Made by a program: the position numbers and the translations under genes. The notes under the pieces were generated by a model. It had not been told where the DNA came from. It searched no databases and was given only the letters and a program-made list of their open reading frames with translations. A DNA stretch of 40,000 nt from Bacillus sp. AFS098217 (GTDB lineage Bacteria; Bacillota; Bacilli; Bacillales; Bacillaceae_G), in the NCBI RefSeq assembly GCF_002551815.1, contig NZ_NVPR01000004.1, forward strand, positions 3,166 to 43,165, given 5' to 3'. How positions within the stretch are numbered: the first letter of the stretch is position 1; every line of letters starts with the position of its first letter. Below are positions 36,592 to 40,000 of the stretch, piece after piece.

Positions 36592-36947
36592 TTTATATTA
36601 TTAACAATCATAGCATTGTTTATGATAAAAACTATTTAACAGAAGATGAATTAGAAAATGCTTGGGTTATTGAATCTATTCCAAAACCTGAAAATAAAGT
36701 AGGATTTATTCCTATTTTATGTATTGATAAAGATGATAAGAAAATTTGGTATGAATATGAAGAAAAGCCATTAACCGTAGAAGAAAAAATGAAACACTTA
36801 GAAAGTGAAAATGTACAACTTGGTCAACAAGTAAGTGGGTTAGAGATTCAACTTTTACAAAGAGATAAAGATGTCGAATTGCTAGGTAAGACGGTAACAG
36901 ATTTAGAAATTGAAGTATTAAAATTTCAAACTGGGGGTACAAAATAA
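36588..36947 (+). CDS. XkdW-position hypothetical protein with a C-terminal coiled coil
   Basis: 119 aa with ATGA overlap. Confidence 0.5.
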   Translation: MIYIINNHSIVYDKNYLTEDELENAWVIESIPKPENKVGFIPILCIDKDDKKIWYEYEEKPLTVEEKMKHLESENVQLGQQVSGLEIQLLQRDKDVELLGKTVTDLEIEVLKFQTGGTK

Positions 36948-37120
36948 TGGCAAACACAACTGAAAATGCAACTCAAAGTCTAGCTTTTGCAAAATGGAAA
37001 GTACGATATGAAAAGAATTGGTGCACAAATCAGCAACTTTGCATGGTAGTGGAATTGGAGCAGATAACAGAAGAAGAATACAAAGAATTAACTAAGTTAG
37101 AATACCCAAGCGTACAATAG
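36947..37120 (+). CDS. XkdX-family small protein (57 aa), not in the ORF track
   Basis: TAATG overlap. Hand-translated as MANTTENATQSLAFAKWKVRYEKNWCTNQQLCMVVELEQITEEEYKELTKLEYPSVQ. The W..Y......T...L...V....IT.EEY..L pattern matches XkdX. Confidence 0.6.
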   Translation: MANTTENATQSLAFAKWKVRYEKNWCTNQQLCMVVELEQITEEEYKELTKLEYPSVQ

Positions 37121-37154
37121 TAGGCTTTTTTATTTTGGTCAAAGGAGTGAAGAA

Positions 37155-37577
37155 ATGGATCGTATCGATGTATTAACAAAATCATTTATAGCTGCTTTCG
37201 GTGGCTTTTGTGGCTATTTTTTAGGAGGTTGGGATTTGTCACTGAAAATTTTAGTCACAATGGCTGTTATTGACTACATTACTGGAATGATTGCAGCAAC
37301 TACACTTGGACAATTAAAAAGCAAAATCGGATTTCGAGGCATTGCCAAAAAGGTAGTGCTTTTTTTATTGGTTGGAGTTGCCGCGCAGCTAGATCTAGCG
37401 TTTGGAAGTAATAGTGCTATTCGTGAAGCAACAATTTTCTTTTTCATGGGTAATGAGTTGCTATCAATCTTAGAAAATGCCGGACGTATGGGCATTAAGT
37501 TACCTTCGGCACTTACAAACGCTGTTGAGATTTTAGGTAGTAAACAAAAACAAGATAAAAAAGGGGATGTTCAGTAA
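37155..37577 (+). CDS. Holin (phage_holin_4_1 family)
   Basis: 140 aa with GGWDLSLKILVTMAVIDYITGMIAA ... SKIGFRGIAKK, and multiple TM segments. Confidence 0.9.
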   Translation: MDRIDVLTKSFIAAFGGFCGYFLGGWDLSLKILVTMAVIDYITGMIAATTLGQLKSKIGFRGIAKKVVLFLLVGVAAQLDLAFGSNSAIREATIFFFMGNELLSILENAGRMGIKLPSALTNAVEILGSKQKQDKKGDVQ

Positions 37578-38329
37578 TGACTCGTTATAGTAATCACGGT
37601 GGACATAATGAATTTGTACAAGGTGCTAATTATGGTAATCGAAAAGAACACATCATGGACAGACAAGTAAAGGATGCTGTCACAGCTAAGTTAAGAGCTT
37701 TAGGACATACTGTCTATGATGACACTGACGATGTAGGCAGAACTCAAGCCCAAAACTTAAACAATATTGTTGCTAATTGTAATTCACATGAAGTCGATTT
37801 AGTAATCTCTTATCATCTAAATGCAAGTGATGGTAATGGTCATGGTGTGGAAGTTCTTTATTATGACCAATGTGATTTAGCAACTAAAGTTTCAGCTCAA
37901 TTAGCTAAGGATATCGGATGGCGTGATCGTGGTGCAAAACAGCGTACAGATTTAGCAGTATTGAAAGGAACTAAAGCACCAGCTATCTTAATCGAATTAG
38001 GGTTCATCGATAACGATGCAGACATGGCTAAATGGGATGTTGATAAAATCGCTAATTCAATCGTTTACGCTTTGACAGGACAAGCGGTAAGTAGTGGAGG
38101 AAAATTACAACCATCTGGTGATGATGGAAGAAGAAAAATCAAAACAGGCGGTTTAGGATACGATGCGGTAAAAGAAGTATCCGAAGTGCTATGTAGTAAA
38201 CAAATTAAAGGGGCTATCCTATTCGAAGGTGAAGCACCTTATGTATTAACTGAGAAACTAGCTAATCCAAAGTTGGATGACTTTACAGCATGGCTTGATG
38301 CGAAAAATTGGTACTGGGAATACAACTAA
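37577..38329 (+). CDS. Endolysin: N-acetylmuramoyl-L-alanine amidase (Amidase_3) with a C-terminal putative wall-binding domain
   Basis: 250 aa with LVISYHLNA ... HGVEVLYY ... APAILIELGFIDN. The C-terminal roughly 80 aa are distinct. Confidence 0.9.
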   Translation: MTRYSNHGGHNEFVQGANYGNRKEHIMDRQVKDAVTAKLRALGHTVYDDTDDVGRTQAQNLNNIVANCNSHEVDLVISYHLNASDGNGHGVEVLYYDQCDLATKVSAQLAKDIGWRDRGAKQRTDLAVLKGTKAPAILIELGFIDNDADMAKWDVDKIANSIVYALTGQAVSSGGKLQPSGDDGRRKIKTGGLGYDAVKEVSEVLCSKQIKGAILFEGEAPYVLTEKLANPKLDDFTAWLDAKNWYWEYN

Positions 38330-38337
38330 TGAAAAGG

Positions 38338-38366
38338 GCCGGCTCCTATGAGTCGGCTCGTTTTTT
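38338..38366 (+). terminator. Terminator of the lysis operon
   Basis: gccggctc / gagtcggc (one G-U pair), loop ctat, then tcgtttttt. Confidence 0.7.
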
Positions 38367-38386
38367 GATTTAATAATCATTAAAAA

Positions 38387-38423
38387 ACACCCTCAATCAA
38401 AGAATAGGATGAGGGTGTTTTTT
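38387..38423. terminator. Bidirectional terminator between the lysis operon and the Ltp-like gene
   Basis: 9-bp stem acaccctca (38387-38395) / tgagggtgt (38410-38418), flanked by aaaaaa and ttttt. Confidence 0.75.
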
Positions 38424-38428
38424 ACGTT

Positions 38429-39085
38429 TTATTTACCTAAATTATTAATAGCGTAATCGGCTTCTTCTTGTGTGAATTTTTCACCGTTTTCAGAAGTCAG
38501 TTGGTCCCTTATCGCTTCTGGTGACATACTCATTGTTTTCTGATAACTTTTTGCTTTTTTCAAGGCATTTTCATTAAAATTGGCTTTCATATTGTCAATT
38601 GCGTACTGTGCTTCATCTTCAGCAAATTTTTCACCATGTTCAGAAACAAGCTGGTCATAAACCTTCTGTTTTGACATGTTCATTGTTTTTGCATACGATT
38701 CAGCCTTTTTCAAAGCGTTTGCTTTCCAATCAAATTCAAAATTATTCATTGCATAATTAGCAGATTCTGCGGAAAACTTTTCACCATGTTCAGAAACAAG
38801 CTGGTCATAAACCTTCTGTTTTGACATGTTCATTGTTTTTGCATACGATTCAGCTTTTTTCAAAGCGGACTTATATTCTACAGGAACGTTATCCTGTGCC
38901 TTTGTTTCTTCCTTTTTAGGTTCTTCCTTTTTTGCATCTTGCTTTGGTGTTTCTTTTTTAGTTTCTTGTTTTGGCTCAGTAGAAGCTTTTTCTTTTGGAT
39001 CATTACTTCCATCAATAAGAGCAGCGACAAAGATAATTACAACTAGTGCGATAACTCCTAAACATCCAAATTTAAAAATTTTCAT
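38429..39085 (-). CDS. Membrane-anchored Ltp-family (host cell surface-exposed lipoprotein) protein with three Ltp repeats; candidate superinfection-exclusion factor
   Basis: 218 aa with an N-terminal hydrophobic anchor, a K/E/P-rich linker and three copies of ALKKAxSYxKTMxMS ... QL.SE.GEKF ... A.YA. Confidence 0.8.
   Translation of the reverse strand: MKIFKFGCLGVIALVVIIFVAALIDGSNDPKEKASTEPKQETKKETPKQDAKKEEPKKEETKAQDNVPVEYKSALKKAESYAKTMNMSKQKVYDQLVSEHGEKFSAESANYAMNNFEFDWKANALKKAESYAKTMNMSKQKVYDQLVSEHGEKFAEDEAQYAIDNMKANFNENALKKAKSYQKTMSMSPEAIRDQLTSENGEKFTQEEADYAINNLGK
38627..38866 (-). repeat. Intragenic direct duplication: two near-identical copies of about 90 bp, 150 bp apart
   Basis: 38627-38716 and 38777-38866 differ at one position by eye. 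They encode the identical ALKKAESYAKTMNMSKQKVYDQLVSEHGEKF twice. Confidence 0.85.
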
Positions 39086-39197
39086 CTAAATATCCTCCTA
39101 GCAAAATATGTACTGATTCCGATATTTAGTATAACAAATTTCAAAAGGAAATTTTACATAATTTTACCTTTGTGGAAGTATGGTTGTAAGAAATCCA

Positions 39198-39443
39198 TTA
39201 TAATTGCTTGGCTTTTTCAAGTAAATCTATTACTTGTTGATGCCTTTCTTTCGTTTCCTCTAAAGAAACTTTTGTTAGGTCAGCGTTCTTTGCCCAGAAG
39301 ACTTTAAAGGCATGCCAATCAGACATAATATACATGGTTTTATCTGGGCTAAGTTGACTTAATAAAGAAGTAACCTCTTCAAATGTTTTATTAATTTTCT
39401 CTCCTAATAGACTTTTGTCATGTGCTATCTGGTTCGATATCAT
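39198..39443 (-). CDS. 81-aa protein of unknown function, translationally coupled to the LexA-like gene
   Basis: ATGA overlap with the upstream gene. No motif recognised, including no S24 peptidase motifs. Confidence 0.6.
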   Translation of the reverse strand: MISNQIAHDKSLLGEKINKTFEEVTSLLSQLSPDKTMYIMSDWHAFKVFWAKNADLTKVSLEETKERHQQVIDLLEKAKQL

Positions 39444-39664
39444 ATAATTCCTCCTTTTAAAATTTTGATTGTTCTTGGTTTAGATGGATCGCGATGAATA
39501 AAACCTTTCTCTTCTAGATGTAATAAATGTCTATGTGCTGTAGAACTAGAAGCAAGACCAGTCGCTTTGCAAATTTCTCTGACAGTTGGAGGATATCCGT
39601 TTTCTATGACTTGTTCCTGGATGAAAGTTAGAATTTGAGCTTGTCTAGGAGTTAATGATTTCAT
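39440..39664 (-). CDS. LexA N-terminal DNA-binding-domain-only protein (74 aa, wHTH, no S24 cleavage/peptidase domain)
   Basis: ATG 39664 follows gtgagggt. [66 protein letters not shown] aligns with the first ~70 residues of Bacillus LexA. The track ORF from 39736 is over-extended. Confidence 0.8.
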   Translation of the reverse strand: MKSLTPRQAQILTFIQEQVIENGYPPTVREICKATGLASSSTAHRHLLHLEEKGFIHRDPSKPRTIKILKGGII

Positions 39665-39743
39665 TATGTATACCCTCACTTTGTATAGAAAATATCTAAC
39701 CATATAATACCAGGAATGTAGAAATAAATCAAACATCCGTTCG
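39665..39743 (-). promoter_or_regulatory. Promoter of the LexA-like operon overlapped by an SOS(Cheo)-box-like site
   Basis: On the minus strand, CGAACGGATGTTT (39743-39731) matches CGAAC-N4-GTTC at 7 of 8 core positions. It overlaps -35 TTGATT, followed by a 17-nt spacer and -10 TATTAT. Confidence 0.55.
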
Positions 39744-39837
39744 TATCTTGTTTGAGATAAATTTACAAACAGATTACTTTCTATTAATAATTTTTTGCTA
39801 AAATTTTACATGAAGCTAATTAAAGGAGATGAATCTA

Positions 39838-40000
39838 GTGGAATTGACAGTACTATCCGAACAAGAGGTAACCGTCATCGCAGTAGAAGTTTCTCACTAT
39901 GAAAATAAATACCATTTCCGTTTGTACAAAAACAACGAGTTTCTTCAAGTTAATTTTGTTGATGAGAAGAACAGGCTTCTAAGTATGTTACCAGTTGCAG
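39838..40000 (+). CDS. Partial ORF (5' end only), divergent from the LexA-like operon
   Basis: GTG 39838 follows aaaggag. It stays open to the window edge (VELTVLSEQEVTVIAVEVSHYENKYHF...). Confidence 0.4.
   Translation, partial: MELTVLSEQEVTVIAVEVSHYENKYHFRLYKNNEFLQVNFVDEKNRLLSMLPVA

Larger units (their letters stand above)
5751..39085. mobile_element. Integrated temperate prophage (HK97-like head, PBSX/Xkd-like contractile tail). The left end abuts the glnA terminator and the right end is unresolved.
   Basis: A complete collinear set of integrase, switch, replication, late regulator, packaging, head, tail and lysis modules. I found no att direct repeat, so the end coordinate is a minimum guess. 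Confidence 0.9.

Noticed and set aside
38330-40000. Search for attR, meaning a repeat of the 5706-5820 sequence or of the glnA terminator
   Set aside because: I saw only trivial A/T-rich similarities (ttaaaaaa, tttattt). Nothing can be called by eye, so a computational exact-repeat search is needed.
1-40000. CRISPR arrays, rRNA, tRNA, IS elements or transposases
   Set aside because: No spacer-repeat periodicity, no rRNA- or tRNA-like conserved motifs, and no transposase-like ORFs were seen anywhere in the window.

Overview
Low-GC Firmicute chromosome. The gene order hflX/ynbA-ynbB-glnR-glnA matches Bacillus, and a B. cereus-group origin is my inference. About 1-5750 is host core: two unlisted small hydrophilic genes, a UPF0126/TRIC-type membrane protein, hflX, a ynbB-like PLP enzyme, and glnRA with a recognisable sigmaA promoter and two GlnR/TnrA boxes. 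Directly behind the glnA terminator sits a temperate prophage of at least 33 kb. It runs: tyrosine integrase; CI-like S24 repressor and Cro-like switch with four copies of a 15-bp operator; ORF6N/ORF6C antirepressor; unknown early genes; DnaD-like replisome organiser carrying five 15-bp tandem repeats; dimeric dUTPase; RecU resolvase; sigma-like late regulator; HNH, a cos-like GC tract and P27 TerS; TerL; HK97-type portal, protease and capsid; a PBSX/Xkd-like contractile tail (sheath, tube, chaperone with a -1 frameshift site, tape measure, XkdQ/R/S/T/U-like baseplate, fibre); XkdX-like peptide, holin and Amidase_3 endolysin. I found no attR, so the right boundary is unresolved. Three accessory islands interrupt the conserved modules and are the best places to look for something new. 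(1) 14.4-15.6 kb: a reverse-strand zinc-ribbon protein of unknown family beside about 400 nt of GC-enriched, hairpin-rich non-coding DNA. (2) 17.3-19.5 kb: a 410-nt leader plus an orphan 160-aa gene, convergent with a hicA-hicB pair. (3) 38.4-39.8 kb, past the lysin: a triple-repeat Ltp-type exclusion protein, then a TA-like operon of a LexA DNA-binding-domain-only protein and an overlapping 81-aa unknown, behind an SOS-box-like site. No rRNA, tRNA or CRISPR was recognised. Family calls rest on recognising motifs by eye in the translations, not on searches.
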